A stretch of 64,000 nucleotides of DNA from Perna viridis (Eukaryota): positions 35,056,103 through 35,120,102 of the forward strand of contig CM074519.1 in assembly GCA_037379345.1 (NCBI GenBank), given 5' to 3'. Position 1 is the first letter of the stretch, and each line of letters begins with the position of its first letter. Below the pieces are notes generated by a model, which was given only the letters and a program-made list of their open reading frames with translations, did not search any database and was not told the origin of the DNA. This document shows, in pieces, positions 41,587 through 55,364 of this stretch. The translations under genes and the position numbers were made by a program.

Positions 41587-41989
41587 TTAAGTAGTAGTCT
41601 TTGTACGAATCATGCAAATCTACAAAATGTGATACACCTCAAAAAAGGCTACATATTTTTATTCTTGTTATTAAGTTTCTTTATAGATCTATATGATGAA
41701 ACGAATAATTATTCATTCCAGTCTGTCTGCTCTTAGGTGATAATCAACATTGAAAATACAACAGTTTCTATTGTATTTTACTGTCATTTACAGAGTTATC
41801 TCCCTTAGGTATGAATTCCACAGTACATTCTATATAATTTTTATCTTCTAAAAGCACAGGTTACATGAAAAACCACATGTCAATTTCTGATTAGTACAAC
41901 AATTTAAACAATATATCAAAAATAAAAATATGTAGGCTTTCCAACCATGAATCACATTTTGCATGATTCTTAGGTGGAGTACTACTTAA
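41587..41989. mobile_element. TTAA-bounded TIR MITE, copy 2 (same family as 26678-27045)
   Basis: TTAAGTAGTAGTC...GAATCATGCAAA and TTTGCATGATTCTTAGGTGGAGTACTACTTAA; shared interior, e.g. AAAAAAGGCTACATATTTT, GATAATCAACATT, TGTCATTTACAGAGTTATCTC. Confidence 0.85.
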
Positions 41990-42099
41990 ATAGTAATGAA
42001 AGCAAACATGAGATAATAAGCAGAAATCACAATAAATCCCGATAAACAATAATTGTCTAGGGCAATATGAGTAGATATACTGTATGTTACTTCCTGCAT

Positions 42100-42739
42100 C
42101 TATACTCGGCGTTACATAAATAACATACTGTTAAAATTTGAATAAAAATATTTTCTGCGACTTTATTGACACCTACTGTCGTTTAAATTGTCTTAAATGA
42201 CTTGCTCATTCGTTTAGCCAAACGGCTTCTCCCTAAACATTGAATCGTTAAATTCCGGTCAGATTTTAATTCTCGGTGCCAATATTTACATTGTAAAAAG
42301 TCGGCCATGTTTACAGTGATCGGGTTGCTAGGATATGTTGTTTACGTTTAAATGGTTTGTCTAAAAACCGAAGAACCCAGAATGCATTTCAGCGTTATTT
42401 CGGATATCTCGGATTTATTTTACGCGAACAACGTACAATACCGAGAAGTTGATCAAGCAGACGATTGTCACCGGAGTTCGACGGGAACTTATGAACTTCG
42501 TTTGTAAACAAATCGTCCCGTAAAAACCAACATGGCGGATATTAGTATGGGATTTTCCCGTAAGGATTTGTTACGCATGATTTAAGCTAATAAGCAACTT
42601 GTTTAGGGAGAAGCTGTTTGGCTAAACGAATGAGCAAGTCATTTAAGACAATCTAAACGACGGTTGGTGTCAATAAAGTCGTAGAAAATATTTTTATTCA
42701 AATTTTAACAGTATGTTATTTATGTGACGCCGAGTATAG
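42100..42739. mobile_element. 640-bp foldback MITE with 140-bp TIRs
   Basis: 42100-42239 is the reverse complement of 42600-42739 with about 6 mismatches by eye; ends CTATACTCGGCG...CGCCGAGTATAG; CpG-rich non-coding interior. Confidence 0.93.
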
Positions 42740-45700
42740 TATTTAAGTAAATGTTAGGAGGCAAGGCAACTAACTTTATTTGTAATAATGTTTAGCTCCC
42801 ACATGCAACCTAAATAACATATTTGGAAGGTACAATGTACATGAACATTTATAATACATGTACTTAAAATTCCATACCTAAATGCCTTAAAAGTTAACAG
42901 GTAATTTGTCTAAAACCTGTTTGCTTTACATTTAACATTACATTAACCCCAATAATTCATTTCTCTAATAACAGTATAATTTCCACATCAATATTCAATC
43001 GTCTCCATTCAGCTCAATTCTATCTCCAGATCGGCAAGGCTAGAAACTCAATCTTTACTGTTGAACAAACTGAAGGTAATATGACAATGACTCAAGCCTA
43101 CTTATCAGCTCAATCACCTAAACTACTCAGCATGAAAGAGAAAACAAGACTTAGGGGGAATCTAATACACAAGAATCCTTGTCAACATACAGGTGAGATA
43201 GAACACCTGTTTATTTTGCATCAAATTAAGACAGGTAAAAAAAGCAATTTTAAACTCATGTGAAACTGACAACTACATTTTAACCATTTAAAAATGAATT
43301 AATAGTGAAATGAAAGAGATCTTTAGCCCATATGAAGTAACAGTGACACAACATATAAACATATACAAAATGTACATTTTAGAAAAGCATGTCCAACTAA
43401 AGTACTGAGATAATTAAACACTAACACACATATAAAATAAGGCCAAAAGAAAATGTAAATGAATACTGTACATTTTTATGAGCAAATTTACCTAGAAGTA
43501 AAATATTAAGAAATATTCAAATATTTTTCCTTCAAGTAATGGACAGTCTTTCCAATCCAGATTAATTTCAGCACCAGCTTGTTCTGTCTTTTTTCTGACC
43601 CAAAAAGATACATTTAAAAAAAAAAAGTTTTATTAAATTGGCTATCTAAAATAGAACTGGAAATACTGTGAGTGCAAAAATGAAATGAACTTCGATCATG
43701 TCACGCTTTATTTAGATTATCTCCCTTTTCCGATATTCAGGACAATAAATATATAAATATAATTCTTCAAGCACATCTACTTATGATGTCTGACCATCCA
43801 AACAATTTCATCATTGTTTCGCTGTCGAGGAGGAGTAGATTGCACTTATGAGAATTAAACATGTAAACCCTTTTGTAACCCCTACATGTACATTTTATTA
43901 TGCCAATAAATTAGTTGGTTTAGGACATTGCACTGTCAAGACATACATGTATGGACAGATGAACCATCAGACAGACAGGTTGGTTCCTATATACATGTAA
44001 CCCCCGACTTTGTTTGCAGGATTTATAATAAAAACATGCACTGCATTTAAAGGCAGGATAAGCTCATCATTTCTCTTTTCTGTGCTTAAAAGTCAAACTT
44101 CTGTAAAAAAAAATGTCTGAAAACATGAAGAAAAGAAGAGAAATAAGTTAATCAAAAACATTTTACCAAAATTTATATGATGTTTGGACAGGCAGACAAA
44201 CTACTAGATGTACATTTATATACCAATAAATGTCCATCAAAAGATGTTCTTATGAACAAGTACTATACAGCAGATGCATTCTATTGCTTGTTAAAATACC
44301 AAATCCGATTTAGATTTTATTTGGTGAATTCTGCAATCACTAAAGAATTATGGATGTCACATGATGTAAAAAAAAACCCAATACAGACTTAACCTTGAAA
44401 AAAAGTCCCTCTCACTGAGATGTGCATGTATGTTCAACACAAAAGAGTTATTTTGGAAGGACAATGTGTCCAATCACCACATAAGAATTCAACATTATTC
44501 ATGATGTAAATAGCTCAAGATGACCCACTTAATTAATGAGAAGATTCATATTACATACATACAACACCCTGAACCTAAATTTAGAGCAATCTGAAACGGT
44601 CCGTAAATTTCTACAAAGTTTTGGGTCTCTCTTGGCCCTTTAATCCTATGCAATCAGGGCCATAACCCTTACAATCAACCCTTCACTTATTTTTGGTATG
44701 GGTCCTTTTATTAAAATTCATCATAAAATACTCAAGTTTTGTACAAAACCAAGTGTCTATGACTTAAAACAACAATGCCATAGTGCCATGATAGTGGTGG
44801 TACAGAAAAAAAAACAATGTTATTATTTTCGTCTTTATTTACCTTCAATACCTTTAAACATTACTACACCATTGCACTACCATCAAAAGAGGAGTAAATA
44901 AAAACAATGCTCTTATTTTTGGGTTTTCTGGATACACTAAGAAGATAAACATTCACCTTTTTTTAACTCTCCCATACCTATAAAACTTTTCTTCACAACT
45001 CAACCCAGCTGTGTTGACATAATATGTGAATAATTTACATTACTAACATTATATTGCAGTTTTGGTGATTAATGGTAGGAGTCTTTTAAACAGGTGTCAG
45101 GTAGTTTAATATATTACCAAATTGTGTTATCACCCCTGATCCCTAACTCAGTCAAAATAGTTGAAATAAATTTTTAACAGAGACATGTCTTTCTCGTGTA
45201 AGGTGCAGATTAAATGCTATTAAACATGACAGGAGGAAATTCTATCTTATTTCAAGTCAAAGAATATTAGATAAAAACTCTACAAACCAATTAGTGCCTA
45301 TTTATTAACAATATATGCCAAAAATGAACACCTTCTGCATACATAGTAGACACACATCAATTAAATTTAACAAAATTATAAATAATAAAAGCTTATGACT
45401 TTCCACCCCTCCACGGTCAAAGGGGGTATACATCCACAAAATAACTTAACTAAATTATTGGATCCTCATTACCTACAAAGTTTCATGAAATTCTGTGCAG
45501 CAGTTCCAAAAGAATAGCACTTTACATAGGTGTGACATACAGACAGTAGGACAGAACAAACTAATGACTCCCCACTAAAGTAGGGTAGACATTTGTCAAA
45601 AGGGGGGAAATCAAATAGGTCTGTATGAATGACATGGCCACCTAAGTTTCAAGTACTTATACATAGTAAACAGGAAGTTAATGAGTAACCAAGACTATAG

Positions 45701-46536
45701 TGATTCTGAAGGCATTATACTGTACAACCAATCACAGTTCAGTCACATACATTACCAAACTTCAATATTAACAGGAAGGCTTCCCAAGTTTCAATTGATG
45801 AGTATTTACAATTTAATATTAACTGGTAACCAAAGGAAAATGTATGCCTGACTTACTGGCAAAACAAAAAAATCTGTGGGCAACGACTAACTAGTGATGC
45901 CCACGCTTTTAATCATGATACATAAGGAAAATACACATAGTCCCCAATAAACAGGAAGTTGTTGTACAATTTTTTCTAAAATATGGATCCAACCATATCC
46001 ATATGTGTTGAAATTTCAACCCACTATAATTATTGCTGAGAAAACTGTGACAGAAAAAATATTTACGAACAAAGCAGGGTAGGGATTGTACATTTAAGCA
46101 GATACAAAAATACATGTACATACACATCTACAAACAGCAACTAAACTTCATTTTTAAATATCTACTGGTAGACAGACTAGATGATTGGGGGATTTTAACT
46201 GCATGCACATGTAACTTGATATCTTTCTGGTCGGTGTTGCAGGGTTAGCACATGTGGATGGGGAACACAGCCTTCAGGATACCTGACCAGTACTCAGTCA
46301 AAAGTATGTCCTACTAGTGACTGGGTTACTGTGTTGGAACTCTGGACTACTCTGCACATGAGTCTGAGAGCTTTTCCCCCATTCACGAAAAATTATTTGA
46401 GACCTGAGTCGAAGTTAAAGCTCAATGTACTGGCTGGCCAAAAGAAAATGTTATTAACTGGATAAGTTTAGTTTATTCTATACACATTACATTATGTATC
46501 TAACAGAAAATTACATCATAAAAACAAAGGTCCTAC

Positions 46537-46632
46537 CTTTTTCACTTTTTTCTTGATGGAAGACTTGTGTTTATCTTTAGAAAGATTCTGGTCAGTCTTT
46601 TCACTAGGTTTGGTGCTGGCCTTGACAGAATT
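46537..46632 (-). CDS. 96-nt internal coding exon (NSVKASTKPSEKTDQNLSKDKHKSSIKKKVKK), phase 0-0
   Basis: gtctattgtttttatag|AAT...AAG|gtagga; 32 open codons, Lys/Ser-rich with a basic C-terminal cluster. Confidence 0.75.
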
Positions 46633-49600
46633 CTATAAAAACAATAGACACCATTTAAATGTACATGTAAGAATCATAAACCATCACACCAGTAGTCATG
46701 TACATAAATACCATATAAAAAACATTACATAACAGCTTGTAACCTGTTTTTAAATATGGTATTTGTCATGTAAATGAATACAGTTCATTTAGTCTGCTCC
46801 TTTTATTAAAGTCTTTTTCTGTTTTTCTATCTTGTAATGAGTGGCACATGTTACAGGGTTAAACAGGTCAAAGATGCATTATCCTCATATAAATAGACAA
46901 ACATTTAGTCTTGGATTATGCATGAGCATTAAACTGAGGTCAACAAAGGTGAGCATTACAAGTAATTTTAACACTAATTTTCTTTCTGTTCTAGCAAACA
47001 TTTTAATTTGAATCTTCAAATTGGTTTAATAAATGCCTCTGAAACCATTTAATGGTGAATGTTTAAATATACCTGTAAACTTCCTACCATAAAAATAAAA
47101 CTTTTTATTTCTAAATAGGTAAGTCATATACCACTTCAGGATATTCACAATGTATATAATCTCATTTTTATCAACACCTACTAGTACAATAAAGATTTCT
47201 AGATGAATGAAGAAAATGCCCAGAGGAAAAAGTAAAGGCTCATCTATATTTGTTTCCTCAGATCCAGCTTGTCACTGTGGATATTCAATTGAAAATGTCC
47301 AACACTATTTTTTTTAATGTCCTTTGTACAGGGAATACAGGGAATTACTTATCAATGATCTCAATTGGCTACCTAACAACATCCCGTTTGATATTAATTC
47401 ATTAATTTCTGGGAATCAAGAGTTATCTTTAGCTGAAAACAAGAGTGTGTTTAGTTACGTTTTCGCTTTCATAAAGCGGTCTAAAAAATTCATAATAATC
47501 TAATGTACTACTAGTGAACATGTCTTAAGTGGGCTATGCTTATCAACACTGTCAAATCTGTACAAATCATTTCTTCTCCTTTGTAGCTAACTTCTCAGAA
47601 GAACTTTGTTATATGTTTAATGATATAAATAATTACTCGCATGCTCATATGTACCAATGTTTCATTGTTAATATTGTATTGCGGAAAGGACTTCATAAGT
47701 ATGAGTTACTTGTGTCCAATCTACTTTGGTTTGAACAAATAAAATATGTTTAAACTGGAATTTGTTTCCTCTGTTACTAACAATTATTATTTAAATTAAA
47801 CAATGACAATGGGATAACATCAAGTAAACTCATTCACTTTTCCCGACTTTGCAAGATTCTCGCATTTTCGGAGAGGGCTGGCTGCAGCTTCTACAGTGAA
47901 TTCGAACATCAGACCCTGTTCAGAGCTTGACAAATTACATGCAATTTTTTTGTACATGTAGAACGTACAACAAAGAATCATTACAACATATACATGTACA
48001 TGTACATGTACACTGAACTAAACCCTGTATCACAATAAAATCAGTACAGATAACAGACTTCTGATTAGTGGGGATAAACAAGTTATAGAACAGAGCCAAA
48101 TGTCCAAAACACAAAACTTTTAATTTTAAAAGGGGATAACTCTTGCAACATCTGCTGATCATTATTGATTCTCAAAATTTGTCCATAAGATTAATCGCAA
48201 TAGCCTATGGTAGAAGTTTTATTAAAATCTGTTGAGAAAATTAATCTTGAAATCACTTACAAGGTGTAACAGACAAAAGAAGAATGGACAATAGATTTTT
48301 AGTCACCATGTCAAATTGCAGGTAAAAGAAAAAAACAGTTACAGTATGGGGATATCCATCTCTTTTGCCCCATTAAATCCTTACTACAAATTAGAGATAC
48401 ATGTATCAATTTTGTGATTTTTTAACTCCTCCATCTCTCATATAAACTACATATATCAGTCAAGAGATTTAGTCAATGTGTGTTCTTTTATTGTTTGTTT
48501 TTTTTTTTTTTTTCATTTTTTTTTTTCATTTCCTGGTAAATATTTTGATGTCATTGTCTATTCATGGAAAAGCCTACATGCTATTTAGAGAAAACAAGAG
48601 GAAGTGACAAGCTAATATTGTTTGGGGGAGATAAGTCTACAAGTACATTCTAAAACTAAAGGTCTTTCTGTTTAATACATGTACTTATGTTATCAATCTT
48701 AACATCAGTATACATAGCAATATCAAATTTAAAATAGGCCAAATAAATGTTAACAATGAAAGTCTATATTATTAGATTTTTTTTTATTTCATCTATTTAT
48801 AAATACATGTAATGAATTTGTAAACTAGTACACATGTAGATATATGGAACCAACAACACCCTTGTTGTCAGGGCCTTTCAGTGTTTACACTTGTTGAAGA
48901 CTTTTCTTGGTTATATTCTGGTGTATTTGTTACTTTTCACCATATCCGTTTTTTTCTACTGAATTCTGAAATGTCTTTCTCTGAAGAGAGTATAGACAAG
49001 TTTTATATTTGCTGTTAATTCATCAACAAATCCTGATATCAAAGTTGTTTTCACAAATACATTTTGCATTTGACCACCAAAGCTGAATACATGTAAGAAG
49101 TCAGTTGTATCACTACATACGGTTGATTACGTGTACATGTATGTCTAATCTAGCTCATTAGTTTACTGTATAAAGTACTTTTATTGTTACATTCTATCCT
49201 GTATTATTGATTGATATGAGATGATTAGACATGGACAAGTTCTACAGCTGAAGTTTATAAAAGATCCTTAGGTATTGCTTGCTGTGGTTGTAAAGTTTTA
49301 TTGTTCAGTTTTCCAACTCCATGACTTTTTTCATATGCTTCATGGCTATAACAACCTTGTCCTTTCATTATTACTCTGGCCTTTAATAGGCTTGTATTCA
49401 ACATTGGTAATTAACCAAAATATTTCACTGCTATACACAACACATAAGACAGAGACTTTCACAAATACATTAAGATATTTAAACTTGATGTGATCAATGT
49501 ATATTAAATATCACCTATATCTTAGTTAAAACCCACTTCAAAACAAATTTACACAACATGTAATCAATTATTCTGCCAATTACTAGAATGATCCTACCAG

Positions 49601-52600
49601 TTCTATTGATCATATCTCAATCAACATGGTATAATGGCTAACAATAACTCATACTACATCTAAAATAATTCATATCTTTTCCATGCTTGATGATGTCTGA
49701 TAGTTTGTATGGTTTCTTTAACATAGTAATGGTTAATTGAATGTGTAGACAAATATTCTACAGAACAGTACAATTTAACAGTTTTCTGGCAGACATATTG
49801 CTGTGTCATTGAATACATATTTAATTATCACTTTCATCCACCCTCAGATTTCTGTCCCCCTTAATGCTAGACAATCAGGCAGTAAATATCATATCAAAGC
49901 AGTTTTAATTGAAACATTTTGAAATTAAAAAAAAATATTTTAACACCTTAGGAGACAAAAGCATTTTCTTCTATTCTCAGGAAGTGATTAAAAATGCATA
50001 TGATTTTTTAACACCAAGTGGGAATTAATTGACTGCCATTCTATATTTTCTGGTTTGCTATGTATAAATTTCAAGGGATAAAATAATTCAATTTCAGCAG
50101 AGTTTTCTCCATCTCAATAGAAAAATTCGAATTTAAGCATGCTCTCTTAAGCTCATGTTAAATAAAATAAAACTTAACGAGTGGTGAAATGACTCAACCT
50201 ATTATTTCCTGAAAAAGAAAATTAATATAGAACACATGCAGTAAGACATGTGACATTTTTTTTTATAAATTTCAGTCTTTGCACAGGTGCCAAACCTTAC
50301 ACTTTATTCTCAGTTACATGTATACATACTTTTTTAAGTACAATTATTATGCAACTTCTTTGTTATTCAAAAAATCAGAAAATCTTTATTCCATTTTACT
50401 TTTTACAACAAATGAGCAAAAGATTACAATTTTTCATTGTTACCACTGAAACATTTTAAATTTGCATCTTTAGATATAGCCCCCAAACCTTCAGGCATAT
50501 AAGCATTTTATTTTTTTCCATTATTTTAACAGCCATTATCACTAAAGACAACACATGACTATGAACATCTGACTAAAATTTTACTCAAATAGTTTACATG
50601 TGCAGTAACTTTTAAATACACTTTGTACTTAAGAGCAGAAAATGAGAAAATGTCCTTTACAATGGCAACTCAATCTGTCATTTAAAATTCAATAAAGTTA
50701 AAAGCTTTGTGTAAAAGGAGATTATAATCTCAGGTTGTTTAAAGTTTTTCAATATAGTTTGTCTATGACACTTATTTATTCAACATATTTTCTATCCAAC
50801 TAAAGACAAACAGAGGAGTGCCTGAATACTTCCTGTGGCCTCAATAGATGTTCGAGGTTATATACTACAACAATGTATTTCAGTATCCACCCACCTAACA
50901 AGAAAGACTCCATGCTGATCATAACACCTGTATAGATAAGACATTAACTCTCTATAAGTACCTGTAGTGATGAAGGAGTATTTATCACCAAATGGTTGTC
51001 AAGGTTTCCTATGAAGAATGCTCACTTAAAGTTCAATTTTGGAAAATCAGTGGAATCCTGAGCTTCTGTCAGGCCTAAAACTTGATTAAAAGTTAAATAC
51101 TGTAATAACACAAACTCTAAGCCACTATGCCTTTTTGTGTTTAATGTTGTGCTTTTACATAATTATAGTTGCAATATCTCAACAAATATCTGTATCATAT
51201 AGATCATTTGATTATATTTTCAGGAGAGTGGGGTAAGGACAGAAAAAAATGCATACATGTACCAAAGAGCAAAATTTTTTATCAAATATTAACATGAATA
51301 TTGTTGTAACTGATATCGAAAATGAAATTTACATGTTCTATTTTTTTAACACAGAATAGCCCTTTCCTCCCCATTGCCTCACATACACTTTTAGATTCGC
51401 ACAAGTTTCTGACACTTTGGATAAGTTTGAAAGTAAATTGCATTCTAAAGTCAATCAATATTATTACATAGATATATTAAGTGAAAGAATTAATATACAA
51501 GTACATATAAATATAATCATTTGCTTAAATGTGATACATGTGGAATGAAGAAAAACAATTACATACTTTAAAGCATGTGCTCACAGTCACAGTACAATCA
51601 TTTCAATGAAAATAATCAGTGCAGTCCACTGATATAGGGTTTCGTAATTTTTGTACAAAACAAGTGTTAAATCTTAATATGATATATCTCAAGTATTTCT
51701 ATACTGACTAGTTTTGGACAAAAGTTTGAATCACAAGCAAAGTTAATTTGTGAACCCTTTTTCCCAAGAAAGGCCAACCTTAATACTTAAACCATAAAAA
51801 TGTTTTCCGTAAATCTGGGATAAGAAGAGAGTTACCATGTTCTAACAGCTGTAACAAAGAACACTATGCAATGTTTTACATTTTTATCATATCTGTAGCA
51901 GCCCTATCCCCCAAGACTATCAATTCAATGTTTCTTTTAAGAAGTAAATCAAATTATAAATATCGACACTTATAACATGAAATTGATAAGTAAATAATAC
52001 TGCTCTATAGCTGACTGCCAATTTTAATCTTCTTAGGCTGTATAAACCAGCCAATTTCTAATCTGTGCAATTTAGTTATTTCCGTAAACAAAATAGCTAT
52101 TGTCTCTAGTTCGTACCATTATCATGATATTTCACATAATGGTGGGGAGGAATGTACACAAATTAATGACAACATACAACTGCTACCTTTTTTTCACCTG
52201 TGGGGTTTATTTACATACATTTATCAATTACATGATAAACTTATACCTTGTCAAAAGCAAGAATTATTGTTTAAAGGGGCGGTAATGCTATGAAAGACAT
52301 CTCCTATGCCTTATTTACATTTTATGAGAGTTTTATTGATTTAAAAATCAGAAAATTTTATGTAAATATGATTCAATTTCAATGGGAAAAATTAAAACCT
52401 CATAAAATTTTGAGAACAATAGCCATATGATAAATAAATATGAACTTAAGTAACTTTTGATATTAGGTGAGATTAAATCAAATTAACTTGGAAGGTTGCA
52501 ATTTATTTTGATGTATGAGGTTTACAATTTCTTATTTCATTTAAAGTTGACAGAATTCTTAACTACTAAAGTATGGTTCATGCAAAATGATTAAGTGAAA

Positions 52601-53519
52601 TAAGGGTAGAATACACTACCAATAAAAGTAGATATGAAACTATACTTTTTTGATAATCTGCATACTCAAAGAAATTTATCAGTTTGAGATGACCCCTAAA
52701 ATACACAAATTGCCAATGTTCATGTCTAAACAAATTTTGCCAGTGTAGGCAGCCAGATAAACTTTATCTTCCTTCACATCAAAGACTGCTCAATCAATGC
52801 CTGAGTTATGCTGAGATTACAGGGATAAAAACAAATGGCAGCTTTCTAATGTTTTTATCAAGGCAATGTTTACTTACAACATTTTCCTCAAATAAAATAT
52901 TTCCTATGATGAAGTATTCGATAGATAGCATGATATGTGAAGATGCCTGGGCATATTGACTACATATGGCCAAAGGATATGGATAAAAAACATGGACGTC
53001 TATAGTCCAATGTCCTAATTACAGTCATGTGGCACAAGTGATCTCCCAACAAAAAATTCTCAGTAGATAAAAATAACAAAGATTCCAGTTAAACAATCCT
53101 TGATTTTCATAATTATAAAAACATTTAAAAGATTCTCGTTTTTTTTCAGTCAAACTTCAGTTGAGAAATTTAACCTCATTTTTTTCTATTTCACTGTGTA
53201 TTTACATCACATAACACATAAATCTGCACTAGTGGCTAAGGTACTTAAGTTAGTAACCATGGCACTAAAATCTTTTAGCCTATTTTTCTCATTAGGCCAT
53301 AAACATGTACATAAAAATGATGCAGTATGATTGCCAATAAGACAGTCATCCACCAAATAGTAAGCAATGAGCAATTCAACTATTACAGGTCAATATGGGT
53401 CTTCAATGAAGGGAAAGCAAGCTATAAAATGGCCCAAAATAAATGAAGTAAAACTGCTAATCGACCAAATCTACAGAAAAAAACACAGAACGAATAACAA
53501 TGAACATAAAACACTACCA

Positions 53520-54008
53520 CTATCTGTTATGGTTTCCTCACCGAACCTATTTTTTGGCCCAACCTAACTTATTTGCGCACAAACTGGAAGTAAAAAAAAT
53601 AATAAAGGTAATATCCAATTAAACAGATGTTTAAAAACAGACCAAAGTACATTTCGAAGTACATTTCAGCAAGTTATTCAGACACATTCCTAACAGGGTA
53701 ACCCTATTGACCACCTAGTTAGCATGGCACTGGTAACCACGTCAACCAGCATTACAGCGCTAAAACTATAAATAATGTCATATGGACAGCTAGTCTGTTT
53801 TTACAGCATTTCCTAATAGACTTATGCAACATAACCTGTAGAATTTTACTCCAACATTAAAGATTTTGTTAAAGTAAATTGAAATCTGAGCTAAAAAATA
53901 AAATAAAAAAAATAGTAAAATAAAAATGCAGACCTCAATGTACCAACCCTATTTTTGTTAAGTATGTAGGGTAACTGTTAACAGACATATTATTTTTTTA
54001 TGGACTAA
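53520..54008. mobile_element. Decayed, inverted relative of the 36671-37130 MITE
   Basis: TATCTGTTATGGTTTCCTCACCGAACCTATTTTTTGGCCCAACCTAA and TACCAACCCTATTTTTG...AACAGACATATTATTTTTTATGGACTAA match the reverse complements of its two ends. Confidence 0.6.
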
Positions 54009-55364
54009 CATATAAGGCATTGAAAAGTAATAAGCTACAAATACATTAATTAAATAAGCATGAAACTGCCCCTCAGAGTCACACACTCAAGTACAATGTA
54101 CATTAAGTAACTGTGTGTGACAAAATTTGTGTCAATAAATAATTTATCAATTCAAGTATGAACCCCTAAAGTCTAGACACCAATAGTATAGAACATAAAT
54201 CCAATATGAGAGTCACATAGCTTATTGATGATAAACTTGGAGGAAAGTGAGTGCTATTAAAGAGACAAAGGGATTATTATGCCAAGAGAAGATTACATGT
54301 TCAGCAAAGAAGCTCTTAAATTATCTCTCAACAAGTGCATTTTAAGTTACCTGTAATTTGTGTTGGCTTCAATTTACTGTAAATGTCTTAGTGTTGGTAA
54401 ATATCATCTATTATACTACATCTCACATCAACAAAAGAGGGTGAACACTTAGTCCAACTTCTCATTTTTTTTCCCTTAATTACCACAACCCTTTTGAAGC
54501 ACGGGCATGTACAACAAATCTGCATGTGGAAGGCAAGGAATGTCTAACTGATAATTTAAAACCCTGTTCACAATGACTTCAATAGGTAACTACATGTAGT
54601 TACATGTAACTTGTTAGTCTTTATTGTTATTTATCTAACTGCATTGGCGTCTCCAAATGGAAGGTATTAAAACTGTAGAACCCCCCTTTTTTTGCTTTCA
54701 AGTGTATCACATTTCAACTGATATTATGTCTGTGTAAAAAAGGATCTATTCTCTCCTGTTTTAACATATCAAATCTATTGTTAATCTTGTTTATGTACTA
54801 ATGCCAACAAAGAATTATCAATAAGGAGTTACATTTAAACTTTATTTAGCACCTGATCGGGACTACACACTTGTTGACCCTTGACCTTTCAGGTTGGGAG
54901 AATCTCAAGTATGCAGTTTATCTTGCTAAAGATCTTAATCAATTAAATACTGATTTTTTACCAACTTATCTGACTGAGCAAGATTTAAAAAGTTAATCAG
55001 GGTAACTGTACAAAATAGAAGGATTGTATCACTCAATTAAACCGATTTCTTTGTTTATTAGCTGATCAGCAGATGAACAATTTATAAATAGATAATGAAC
55101 AAGGCTACTCAGCTATTTGACTGGATAATTCTGCCAGTAAATTATCTCAGTTGAGTTAATAACATTTATCAAAGGATGTAATAATTAACATGTAAACCTT
55201 CCAATGAAAGCTTTTATAGCAGGAGAAATGGAGAATGTGTGTGTTTTTTCATTTTTTTTTTTTTTTTGAGTGAGGCATGTTTATTAAAATGTTCACATTC
55301 AACTGTCTTTATCAAAGCTCTGAATTTTTTTGACTGCACAAATGTGTATGCTCAAATGACAAAA

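Larger units (their letters stand above)
4579..46632 (-). other. Interior portion of a large spliced protein-coding gene, probably extending beyond both window edges; product unidentified, Ser/Lys/Glu-rich and probably disordered
   Basis: Four exons with canonical polypyrimidine-AG acceptors and GT donors on the minus strand. All are multiples of 3, phase 0-0, and join without stops: NSVKASTKPSEKTDQNLSKDKHKSSIKKKVKK | HRPLPLPSPRLRQSEESVEPSSSGEFTEPHKINSPRRSTDSRDLLSE | ASSSSGRGYL | CDSESGDDR. No domain recognised. Confidence 0.75.

Noticed and set aside
4579-46632. Assigning a gene symbol
   Set aside because: The recovered peptides are low-complexity with no motif I truly recognise; a BLASTP of the joined exons is needed.
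47838-47915. 78-nt phase 0-0 minus-strand exon candidate (GLMFEFTVEAAASPLRKCENLAKSGK)
   Set aside because: Weak acceptor and donor (gtgaat). It ends in CCCTG, and GCCAGCC...AAAATGCGAG resembles a CAGGG-type MITE terminus, which also explains its CpGs. Worth a glance in RNA-seq.
48860-49430. Coding-looking minus-strand stretches after acceptor-like sites (RKTFQNSVEKNGYGEK*, etc.)
   Set aside because: Stops in every frame and no matching strong donor; it could be an alternative terminal exon, but that is unsupported.
52878-52890. 9-nt microexon candidate GAAAATGTT|gtaagt
   Set aside because: Needs a disfavoured GAG acceptor with a poor pyrimidine tract.
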